NCBI GenBank assembly: GCA_964016885.1
Contig: OZ024743.1
Span: 81,158,001 to 81,222,000 of the forward strand
DNA: 64,000 bases
Reading direction: 5' to 3'
From: Eledone cirrhosa
Taxonomy: Eukaryota
Shown here: one piece after another, positions 52,543-64,000 of the stretch
Layout: each line of letters begins with the position of its first letter
Numbering within the stretch: the stretch's first letter is position 1
Program-made: the position numbers and the translations under genes
The notes under the pieces: generated by a model
Told to the model about the DNA's origin: nothing
The model's database searches: none
The model's input: the letters and a program-made list of their open reading frames with translations, nothing else

Positions 52543-55500
52543 GTCCTCACTCACTCCTTCTCTTAACACATTGGTTACCATTTGGTCGCCAGTCGTTCCT
52601 TCTCTTAACACATTGGTTACCATTTGGTCCCCAGTCGTTCCTTCTCTCAACACATGGGTTACCATTTGGTCCTCACTCATTCCTTCTCTCAACACATTGG
52701 TTACCATTTGGTCCTCACTCATTCCTTCTCTCAACATATTGGTTACCATTTGGTCCTCAGTCGTTCCTTCTCTCAACACATTGGTTACCATTTGGTCCTC
52801 ACTCTTTCCTTCTCTCAACACATTGGTTACCATTTGGTCCTCACTCATTCCTTCTCTCAACACATTGGTTACCATTTGGTCCTCAGACGTTCCTTCTCTC
52901 AACACATTGTTTACCATTTCATCCCCAGTCGTTCCTTCTCTCAACATATTGGTTACCATTTGATCCCAGTCGTTCCTTCTCTCAACACATTGGTTACCAT
53001 TTGGTCCTCAGTCGTTCCTTCTCTCAACACATTGGTTACCATTTGGTCCTCACTCATTCCTTCTCTCAACACATTGGTTACCATTTGATCCCCAGTCGTT
53101 CCTTCTCTCAACACATTGGTTACCATTTGGTCCTCTGTCGTTTCTTCTCTCAACACATTGGTTACCATTTGGTCCTCTGTCGTTTCTTCTCTCAACACAT
53201 TGGTTAGCATTTGGACCCCAGTTGTTCATTCTCTCAACACATTGGTTACCATTTGGTCCCCAGTCGTTCCTTCTCTCAACATATTGGTTACCATTTGGTC
53301 CGTCGTCGTTCATTCTCTCAACACATTGGTTACCATTTGGTCCCCAGTCGTTCCATCTCTCAACACATTGGTTACCATTTGGTCCCCAGTCGTTCCTTCT
53401 CTCAACATATTGGTTACCATTTGGTCCGTAGTCGTTCCTTCTCTCAACACATTGGTTACCATTTGGTTCCCAGTCGTTCCTTCTCTCAACACATTGGTTA
53501 TCATTTGGTCCCCAGTCAATCCTTCTCTCAACACATTGGTTACCATTTGGTCCCCAGTCGTTCCTTCTCACCAACACATTGGTTACCATTTGGTCCCCAG
53601 TCGTTCCTTCTCTCAACTCATTGGTTACCATTTGGTCGCCAGTCGTTCCTTCGATCAACACATTGGTTACCATTTGGTTGCAAGTCGTTCCTTCTCTTAA
53701 CACTATGGTTACCATTTGGTCCTCACTCATTACTTCTCTCAACACATTGTTTACCATTTGGCCCTCACTCCCTCCTTCTCTCAACACATTGGTTACCATT
53801 TGCTCCTCACTCATTCAATCTCTCAACACATTGGTTACCAATTGGTCCCAGTCGTTGCTTCTCTCAACACATTGGTTACCATTTGGTCCTCACTCATTCC
53901 TTCTCTCAACACATTGGTTACCATTTGGTTCCCAGTCGTTCTTTCTCTCAACACATTAGTTACCATTTGGTCCTCAGTCGTTCCTTCTCTCTACACATTG
54001 TTTACCATTTGGTCCCCAGTCGTTCCTTCTCCCAACATATTGGTTACCATTTGGTCCTCAGTCGTTCCTCCTCTCAACACATTGGTTACCATTTGGTCCT
54101 CAGTCGTTCCTTCTCTCAACACATTGGTTACCATTTGGTCCTCACTCATTCCTTCTCTCAACACATTGGTTACCATTTGGTCCTCACTCACTCCGTCTCT
54201 CAACACATTGGTTACCATTTAGTCCCCAGTCGTTCCTTCTCTCAACTCATTGGTTACCATTTATTCCCCAGTCGTTCCTTCTCTCAACACATTGGTTACC
54301 ATTTGGTCCCCAGTCGTTCTTTCTCCCAACATATTGGTTACCATTTGGTCCTCACTCATTCCTTCTCTCAACACATTGGTTACCATTTGGTCCCCAGTCG
54401 TTCCTTCTCCCAACATATTGGTTACCATTTGGTCCTCACTCATTCCTTCTCTCAACACATTGGTTACTATTTGGTCCGCAGTCGTTCCTTCTCTCAACAC
54501 ATTGGTTACCATTTGGTCCTCAGTCGTTCCATCTCTCAACACATTGGTTACCATTTGGTCCGCAGTCGTTCCTTCTATCAACACATTGGTTACCATTTGT
54601 TCCTCACTCATTCCTTCTCTCAACACATTGGTTACCATTTGGTCCTCAGTCGTTCCATCTCTCAACACATTGGTTACCATTTGGTCCGCAGTCGTTCTTT
54701 CTATCAACACATTGGTTACCATTTGGTCCCCAGTCGTTCCTTCTCTTAACACACATTGGTTACCATTTGGTCCTCACTCACTCCTTCTCTCAACACATTG
54801 GTTACCATTTGGTCCCCAGTCGTTCCTTCTCTCGACTCATTGGTTACCATATGGTTGCCAGTCGTTCCTTCTCTCAACTCATTGGTTACCATTCTGTTGC
54901 CAGTCATTCCTTCTCTCAACTCATTGGTTACCATTTGGTCCGCAGTCGTTCCTTCTCTCAATACACTGGTTACCATTTGGTCCCCAGTCGTTCCTTCTCT
55001 CAACACATTGGTTACCATTTGGTCCCCTGTCGTTCCATCTCTCAATACACTGGTTACCATTTGGTCCTCACTCATTCCTTCTCTCAACACATTGGTTACC
55101 ATTTGCTCCCCAGTGGTTCCTTCTCTCAACACATTGGTTACCATTTGGTCCCCAGTCTTTCCTTCTCTCAACACATTGGTTACCATTTGGTCCCCAGTCG
55201 TTCCTTCTCTCAACTCATTGGTTACCATTTGGTCGCCAGTCGTTCCTTCGATCAACACATTGGTTACCATTTGGTTGCAAGTCGTTCCTTCTCTTAACAC
55301 TATGGTTACCATTTGGTCCTCACTCATTACTTCTCTCAACACATTGTTTACCATTTGGCCCTCACTCCCTCCTTCTCTCAACACATTGGTTACCATTTGC
55401 TCCTCACTCATTCAATCTCTCAACACATTGGTTACCAATTGGTCCCAGTCGTTGCTTCTCTCAACACATTGGTTACCATTTGGTCCTCACTCATTCCTTC

Positions 55501-58500
55501 TCTCAACACATTGGTTACCATTTGGTTCCCAGTCGTTCTTTCTCTCAACACATTAGTTACCATTTGGTCCTCAGTCGTTCCTTCTCTCTACACATTGTTT
55601 ACCATTTGGTCCCCAGTCGTTCCTTCTCCCAACATATTGGTTACCATTTGGTCCTCAGTCGTTCCTCCTCTCAACACATTGGTTACCATTTGGTCCTCAG
55701 TCGTTCCTTCTCTCAACACATTGGTTACCATTTGGTCCTCACTCATTCCTTCTCTCAACACATTGGTTACCATTTGGTCCTCACTCACTCCGTCTCTCAA
55801 CACATTGGTTACCATTTAGTCCCCAGTCGTTCCTTCTCTCAACTCATTGGTTACCATTTATTCCCCAGTCGTTCCTTCTCTCAACACATTGGTTACCATT
55901 TGGTCCCCAGTCGTTCTTTCTCCCAACATATTGGTTACCATTTGGTCCTCACTCATTCCTTCTCTCAACACATTGGTTACCATTTGGTCCCCAGTCGTTC
56001 CTTCTCCCAACATATTGGTTACCATTTGGTCCTCACTCATTCCTTCTCTCAACACATTGGTTACTATTTGGTCCGCAGTCGTTCCTTCTCTCAACACATT
56101 GGTTACCATTTGGTCCTCAGTCGTTCCATCTCTCAACACATTGGTTACCATTTGGTCCGCAGTCGTTCCTTCTATCAACACATTGGTTACCATTTGTTCC
56201 TCACTCATTCCTTCTCTCAACACATTGGTTACCATTTGGTCCTCAGTCGTTCCATCTCTCAACACATTGGTTACCATTTGGTCCGCAGTCGTTCTTTCTA
56301 TCAACACATTGGTTACCATTTGGTCCCCAGTCGTTCCTTCTCTTAACACACATTGGTTACCATTTGGTCCTCACTCACTCCTTCTCTCAACACATTGGTT
56401 ACCATTTGGTCCCCAGTCGTTCCTTCTCTCGACTCATTGGTTACCATATGGTTGCCAGTCGTTCCTTCTCTCAACTCATTGGTTACCATTTTGTTGCCAG
56501 TCATTCCTTCTCTCAACTCATTGGTTACCATTTGGTCCGCAGTCGTTCCTTCTCTCAATACACTGGTTACCATTTGGTCCCCAGTCGTTCCTTCTCTCAA
56601 CACATTGGTTACCATTTGGTCCCCTGTCGTTCCTTCTCTCAATACACTGGTTACCATTTGGTCCTCACTCATTCCTTCTCTCAACACATTGGTTACCATT
56701 TGCTCCCCAGTGGTTCCTTCTCTCAACACATTGGTTACCATTTGGTCCCCAGTCTTTCCTTCTCTCAACATATTGGTTACCATTTGGTCCCCACTCATTC
56801 CTTCTCTCAACACATTGGTTACCATTTGGTCCCCAGTCGTTCCTTCTCTCAACACATTGGTTACCATTTGGTCCCCAGTCGTTTCTTCTCTCAACACATT
56901 GGTTACCATTTGGTCCTCAGTCGTTCCTTCTCTCAACACATTGGTTACCATTTGGTCCTCACTAACTCCTTCTCTCAACACATTGGTTACCATTTGGTCC
57001 CCAGTCGTTCCTTCTCTCAACTCATTGGTTACCATTTGGTTGCCAGTCGTTCCTTCTCTCAACTCATTGGTTACCATTTTGTTGCCAGTCGTTCCTCCTC
57101 TCAACTCATTGGTTACCATTTGGTCCCCAGTCGTTCCTTCTCTCAACACATTGGTTACCATTTGGTCCTCAGTCGTTCCTTCTCTCAAAACATTGGTTAC
57201 CATTTGGTCCTCAGTCGTTCCTTCTCTCAACACATTGGTTACCATTTGGTTCTCAGTCGTTCCTTCTCTCAACACATTGGTTACCATTTGGTCCCCAGTC
57301 GTTCCTTCTCTCAACTCATTGGTTACCATTTGGTTGCCAGTCGTTCCTTCTCTCAACTCATTGGTTACCATTTGGTTGCCAGTCGTTCCTTCTCTCAACA
57401 CATTGGTTACCATTTGGTCCTCAGTCGTTCCTTCTCTCAAAACATTGGTTACCATTTGGTCCTCAGTCGTTCCTTCTCTCAACACATTGGTTACCATTTG
57501 GTTCTCAGTCGTTCCTTCTCTCAACACATTGGTTACCATTTGGTCCCCAGTCGTTCCTTCTCTCAACTCATTGGTTACCATTTTGTTGCCAGTCGTTCCT
57601 CTTCTCAACTCATTGGTTACCATTTGGTCCTCACTCCTTCCTTCTCTCAACACATTGGTTACCATTTGGTCCCCAGTCGTTCCTTCTCTCTACACATTGG
57701 TTACCATTTGGTCCCCAGTCGTTCCTTCTCTCAACATATTGGTTACCATTTGGTCCTCACTCATTCCTTCTCTCAACACATTGGTTACTATTTGGTCCGC
57801 AGTCGTTCCTTCTCTCAACACATTGGTTACCATTTGGTCCTCAGTCGTTCCATCTCTCACCACATTGGTTACCATTTGGTCCGCAGTCGTTCCTTCTATC
57901 AACACATTGGTTACCATTTGTTCCTCACTCATTCCTTCTCTCAACACATTGGTTACCATTTGGTCCTCACTCATTCCTTCTCTCAACACATTAGTTACCA
58001 TTTGGTCCCCAGTCGTTCCTTCTCTCAACACATTGGTTACCATTTGGTTCCCAGTCGTTTCTTCTCTCAACACATTGGTTACCATTTGATCCTCACTCAT
58101 TCCTTCTCTCAACACATTGGTTACCATTTGATACCCAGTCGTTCCTTCTCTCAACATATTGGTTACCATTTGGTCCTCACTCATTCCTCCTCTCAACACA
58201 TTGGTTACCATTTGGTCCCCAGTCAATCCTTCTCTCAACACATTGTTACCATTTGGTCCCCAGTCGTTCCTTCTCACCAACACATTGGTTACCATTTGGT
58301 CCCCAGTCGTTCCTTCTCTCAACTCATTGGTTACCATTTGGTCGCCAGTCGTTCCTTCGATCAACACATTGGTTACCATTTGGTTGCAAGTCGTTCCTTC
58401 TCTTAACACTATGGTTACCATTTGGTCCTCACTCATTACTTCTCTCAACACATTGTTTACCATTTGGCCCTCACTCCCTCCTTCTCTCAACACATTGGTT

Positions 58501-61500
58501 ACCATTTGCTCCTCACTCATTCAATCTCTCAACACATTGGTTACCAATTGGTCCCAGTCGTTGCTTCTCTCAACACATTGGTTACCATTTGGTCCTCACT
58601 CATTCCTTCTCTCAACACATTGGTTACCATTTGGTCCCCAGTCGTTCTTTCTCTCAACACATTAGTTACCATTTGGTCCTCAGTCGTTCCTTCTCTCTAC
58701 ACATTGTTTACCATTTGGTCCCCAGTCGTTCCTTCTCCCAACATATTGGTTACCATTTGGTCCTCAGTCGTTCCTCCTCTCAACACATTGGTTACCATTT
58801 GGTCCTCAGTCGTTCCTTCTCTCAACACATTGGTTACCATTTGGTCCTCACTCATTCCTTCTCTCAACACATTGGTTACCATTTGGTCCTCACTCACTCC
58901 GTCTCTCAACACATTGGTTACCATTTAGTCCCCAGTCGTTCCTTCTCTCAACTCATTGGTTACCATTTATTCCCCAGTCGTTCCTTCTCTCAACACATTG
59001 GTTACCATTTGGTCCCCAGTCGTTCTTTCTCCCAACATATTGGTTACCATTTGGTCCTCACTCATTCCTTCTCTCAACACATTGGTTACCATTTGGTCCC
59101 CAGTCGTTCCTTCTCTCAACATATTGGTTACCATTTGGTCCTCACTCATTCCTTCTCTCAACACATTGGTTACTATTTGGTCCGCAGTCGTTCCTTCTCT
59201 CAACACATTGGTTACCATTTGGTCCTCAGTCGTTCCATCTCTCACCACATTGGTTACCATTTGGTCCGCAGTCGTTCCTTCTATCAACACATTGGTTACC
59301 ATTTGTTCCTCACTCATTCCTTCTCTCAACACATTGGTTACCATTTGGTCCTCAGTCGTTCCATCTCTCAACACATGGGTTACCATTTGGTCCGCAGTCG
59401 TTCTTTCTATCAACACATTGGTTACCATTTGGTCCCCAGTCGTTCCTTCTCTTAACACACATTGGTTACCATTTGGTCCTCACTCACTCCTTCTCTCAAC
59501 ACATTGGTTACCATTTGGTCCCCAGTCGTTCCTTCTCTCGACTCATTGGTTACCATTTGGTTGCCAGTCGTTCCTTCTCTCAACTCATTGGTTACCATTT
59601 TGTTGCCAGTCATTCCTTCTCTCAACTCATTGGTTACCATTTGGTCCGCAGTCGTTCCTTCTCTCAATACACTGGTTACCATTTGGTCCCCAGTCGTTCC
59701 TTCTCTCAACACATTGGTTACCATTTGGTCCCCTGTCGTTCCTTCTCTCAATACACTGGTTACCATTTGGTCCTCACTCATTCCTTCTCTCAACACATTG
59801 GTTACCATTTGCTCCCCAGTCGTTCCTTCTCTCAACACATTGGTTACCATTTGGTCCCCAGTCTTTCCTTCTCTCAACATATTGGTTACCATTTGGTCCC
59901 CACTCATTCCTTCTCTCAACACATTGGTTACCATTTGGTCCCCAGTCGTTCCTTCTCTCAACACATTGGTTACCATTTGGTCCCCAGTCGTTTCTTCTCT
60001 CAACACATTGGTTACCATTTGGTCCTCAGTCGTTCCTTCTCTCAACACATTGGTTACCATTTGGTCCCCAGTCGTTCCTTCTCTCAACTCATTGGTTACC
60101 ATTTGGTCCCCAGTCGTTCCTTCTCTCAACTCATTGGTTACCATTTTGTTGCCAGTCGTTCCTCCTCTCAACTCATTGGTTACCATTTGGTCCCCAATCG
60201 TTCCTTCTCTCAACACATTGGTTACCATTTGGTCCTCAGTCGTTCCTTCTCTCAAAACATTGGTTACCATTTGGTCCTCAGTCGTTCCTTCTCTCAACAC
60301 ATTGGTTACCATTTGGTTCTCAGTCGTTCCTTCTCTCAACACATTGGTTACCATTTGGTCCCCAGTCGTTCCTTCTCTCAACTCATTGGTTACCATTTTG
60401 TTGCCAGTCGTTCCTCTTCTCAACTCATTTGTTACCATTTGGTCCTCACTCCTTCCTTCTCTCAACACATTGGTTACCATTTGGTCCCCAGTCGTTCCTT
60501 CTCTCTACACATTGGTTACCATTTGGTCCCCAGTCGTTCCTTCTCTCAAAACATTGGTTACCATTTGGTCCTCAGTCGTTCCTTCTCTCAACACATTGGT
60601 TACCATTTGGTTCTCAGTCGTTCCTTCTCTCAACACATTGGTTACCATTTGGTCCCCAGTCGTTCCTTCTCTCAACTCATTGGTTACCATTTGGTTGCCA
60701 GTCGTTCCTTCTCTCAACTCATTGGTTACCATTTGGTTGCCAGTCGTTCCTTCTCTCAACACATTGGTTACCATTTGGTCCTCAGTCGTTCCTTCTCTCA
60801 AAACATTGGTTACCATTTGGTCCTCAGTCGTTCCTTCTCTCAACACATTGGTTACCATTTGGTTCTCAGTCGTTCCTTCTCTCAACACATTGGTTACCAT
60901 TTGGTCCCCAGTCGTTCCTTCTCTCAACTCATTGGTTACCATTTTGTTGCCAGTCGTTCCTCTTCTCAACTCATTGGTTACCATTTGGTCCTCACTCCTT
61001 CCTTCTCTCAACACATTGGTTACCATTTGGTCCCCAGTCGTTCCTTCTCTCTACACATTGGTTACCATTTGGTCCCCAGTCGTTCCTTCTCTCAACATAT
61101 TGGTTACCATTTGGTCCTCACTCATTCCTTCTCTCAACACATTGGTTACTATTTGGTCCGCAGTCGTTCCTTCTCTCAACACATTGGTTACCATTTGGTC
61201 CTCAGTCGTTCCATCTCTCACCACATTGGTTACCATTTGGTCCGCAGTCGTTCCTTCTATCAACACATTGGTTACCATTTGTTCCTCACTCATTCCTTCT
61301 CTCAACACATTGGTTACCATTTGGTCCTCACTCATTCCTTCTCTCAACACATTAGTTACCATTTGGTCCCCAGTCGTTCCTTCTCTCAACACATTGGTTA
61401 CCATTTGGTTCCCAGTCGTTTCTTCTCTCAACACATTGGTTACCATTTGATCCTCACTCATTCCTTCTCTCAACACATTGGTTACCATTTGATACCCAGT

Positions 61501-64000
61501 CGTTCCTTCTCTCAACATATTGGTTACCATTTGGTCCTCACTCATTCCTCCTCTCAACACATTGGTTACCATTTGGTCCCCAGTCAATCCTTCTCTCAAC
61601 ACATTGTTACCATTTGGTCCCCAGTCGTTCCTTCTCACCAACACATTGGTTACCATTTGGTCCCCAGTCGTTCCTTCTCTCAACTCATTGGTTACCATTT
61701 GGTCGCCAGTCGTTCCTTCGATCAACACATTGGTTACCATTTGGTTGCAAGTCGTTCCTTCTCTTAACACTATGGTTACCATTTGGTCCTCACTCATTAC
61801 TTCTCTCAACACATTGTTTACCATTTGGCCCTCACTCCCTCCTTCTCTCAACACATTGGTTACCATTTGCTCCTCACTCATTCAATCTCTCAACACATTG
61901 GTTACCAATTGGTCCCAGTCGTTGCTTCTCTCAACACATTGGTTACCATTTGGTCCTCACTCATTCCTTCTCTCAACACATTGGTTACCATTTGGTCCCC
62001 AGTCGTTCTTTCTCTCAACACATTAGTTACCATTTGGTCCTCAGTCGTTCCTTCTCTCTACACATTGTTTACCATTTGGTCCCCAGTCGTTCCTTCTCCC
62101 AACATATTGGTTACCATTTGGTCCTCAGTCGTTCCTCCTCTCAACACATTGGTTACCATTTGGTCCTCAGTCGTTCCTTCTCTCAACACATTGGTTACCA
62201 TTTGGTCCTCACTCATTCCTTCTCTCAACACATTGGTTACCATTTGGTCCTCACTCACTCCGTCTCTCAACACATTGGTTACCATTTAGTCCCCAGTCGT
62301 TCCTTCTCTCAACTCATTGGTTACCATTTATTCCCCAGTCGTTCCTTCTCTCAACACATTGGTTACCATTTGGTCCCCAGTCGTTCTTTCTCCCAACATA
62401 TTGGTTACCATTTGGTCCTCACTCATTCCTTCTCTCAACACATTGGTTACCATTTGGTCCCCAGTCGTTCCTTCTCTCAACATATTGGTTACCATTTGGT
62501 CCTCACTCATTCCTTCTCTCAACACATTGGTTACTATTTGGTCCGCAGTCGTTCCTTCTCTCAACACATTGGTTACCATTTGGTCCTCAGTCGTTCCATC
62601 TCTCACCACATTGGTTACCATTTGGTCCGCAGTCGTTCCTTCTATCAACACATTGGTTACCATTTGTTCCTCACTCATTCCTTCTCTCAACACATTGGTT
62701 ACCATTTGGTCCTCAGTCGTTCCATCTCTCAACACATGGGTTACCATTTGGTCCGCAGTCGTTCTTTCTATCAACACATTGGTTACCATTTGGTCCCCAG
62801 TCGTTCCTTCTCTTAACACACATTGGTTACCATTTGGTCCTCACTCACTCCTTCTCTCAACACATTGGTTACCATTTGGTCCCCAGTCGTTCCTTCTCTC
62901 GACTCATTGGTTACCATTTGGTTGCCAGTCGTTCCTTCTCTCAACTCATTGGTTACCATTTTGTTGCCAGTCATTCCTTCTCTCAACTCATTGGTTACCA
63001 TTTGGTCCGCAGTCGTTCCTTCTCTCAATACACTGGTTACCATTTGGTCCCCAGTCGTTCCTTCTCTCAACACATTGGTTACCATTTGGTCCCCTGTCGT
63101 TCCTTCTCTCAATACACTGGTTACCATTTGGTCCTCACTCATTCCTTCTCTCAACACATTGGTTACCATTTGCTCCCCAGTCGTTCCTTCTCTCAACACA
63201 TTGGTTACCATTTGGTCCCCAGTCTTTCCTTCTCTCAACATATTGGTTACCATTTGGTCCCCACTCATTCCTTCTCTCAACACATTGGTTACCATTTGGT
63301 CCCCAGTCGTTCCTTCTCTCAACACATTGGTTACCATTTGGTCCCCAGTCGTTTCTTCTCTCAACACATTGGTTACCATTTGGTCCTCAGTCGTTCCTTC
63401 TCTCAACACATTGGTTACCATTTGGTCCCCAGTCGTTCCTTCTCTCAACTCATTGGTTACCATTTGGTCCCCAGTCGTTCCTTCTCTCAACTCATTGGTT
63501 ACCATTTTGTTGCCAGTCGTTCCTCCTCTCAACTCATTGGTTACCATTTGGTCCCCAATCGTTCCTTCTCTCAACACATTGGTTACCATTTGGTCCTCAG
63601 TCGTTCCTTCTCTCAAAACATTGGTTACCATTTGGTCCTCAGTCGTTCCTTCTCTCAACACATTGGTTACCATTTGGTTCTCAGTCGTTCCTTCTCTCAA
63701 CACATTGGTTACCATTTGGTCCCCAGTCGTTCCTTCTCTCAACTCATTGGTTACCATTTTGTTGCCAGTCGTTCCTCTTCTCAACTCATTTGTTACCATT
63801 TGGTCCTCACTCCTTCCTTCTCTCAACACATTGGTTACCATTTGGTCCCCAGTCGTTCCTTCTCTCTACACATTGGTTACCATTTGGTCCCCAGTCGTTC
63901 CTTCTCTCAACATATTGGTTACCATTTGGTCCTCACTCATTCCTTCTCTCAACACATTAGTTACCATTTGGTCCCCAGTCGTTCCTTCTCTCAACACATT
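52543..64000. repeat. 42-bp satellite CATTGGTTACCATTTGGTCCCCAGTCGTTCCTTCTCTCAACA with higher-order repeats; runs off the window
   Basis: About 270 monomers; variant blocks recur at spacings of 1597, 3109 and 3361 bp (ORF starts 53716, 55313, 58422, 61783). Confidence 0.97.

Noticed and set aside
52540-63960. Long ORFs with 14-aa repeats (MVTNVLREGTTGDQ and others)
   Set aside because: The 42-bp monomer is open in several frames on both strands and is broken by frequent indels, so it is a satellite rather than a protein
52543-64000. Telomeric repeat or RFX-site array
   Set aside because: GGTTAC is not TTAGGG, and only a half X-box (GTTACCAT) is present

Overview
Eukaryotic, AT-rich, almost entirely repetitive DNA. 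The SINE types and microsatellite load suggest a coleoid cephalopod such as Octopus; this is an inference, not a database result. No intact host gene is evident, and nearly all listed ORFs are artefacts of simple or tandem repeats. The main signal, concentrated at 21-36 kb, is a cluster of unrelated short non-coding elements that carry type I hammerhead ribozymes (stem I - CUGANGA - stem II - GAAA - short, often palindromic stem III - UH - stem I). They sit inside (TA)n microsatellites and usually have an inverted copy at the 5' end followed by sense or tandem copies. Tandem units are 570, 469, ~436 and 312 bp. Two decayed Penelope-like elements (RT + GIY-YIG at 36.4-38.9 kb; GIY-YIG with hammerhead tail at 30.4-31.8 kb) lie in the same cluster and are the likely mobilisers. 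The window also holds RTE-type LINE fragments (one with three C-terminal C2H2 fingers), a mariner relic and MITEs, a non-autonomous Helitron, and two SINE families, one of which seeds minisatellites. It ends with a 4.3-kb ACC/AAC tract and a >11-kb 42-bp satellite with higher-order repeats. All ribozyme folds were read by eye and coordinates are approximate.
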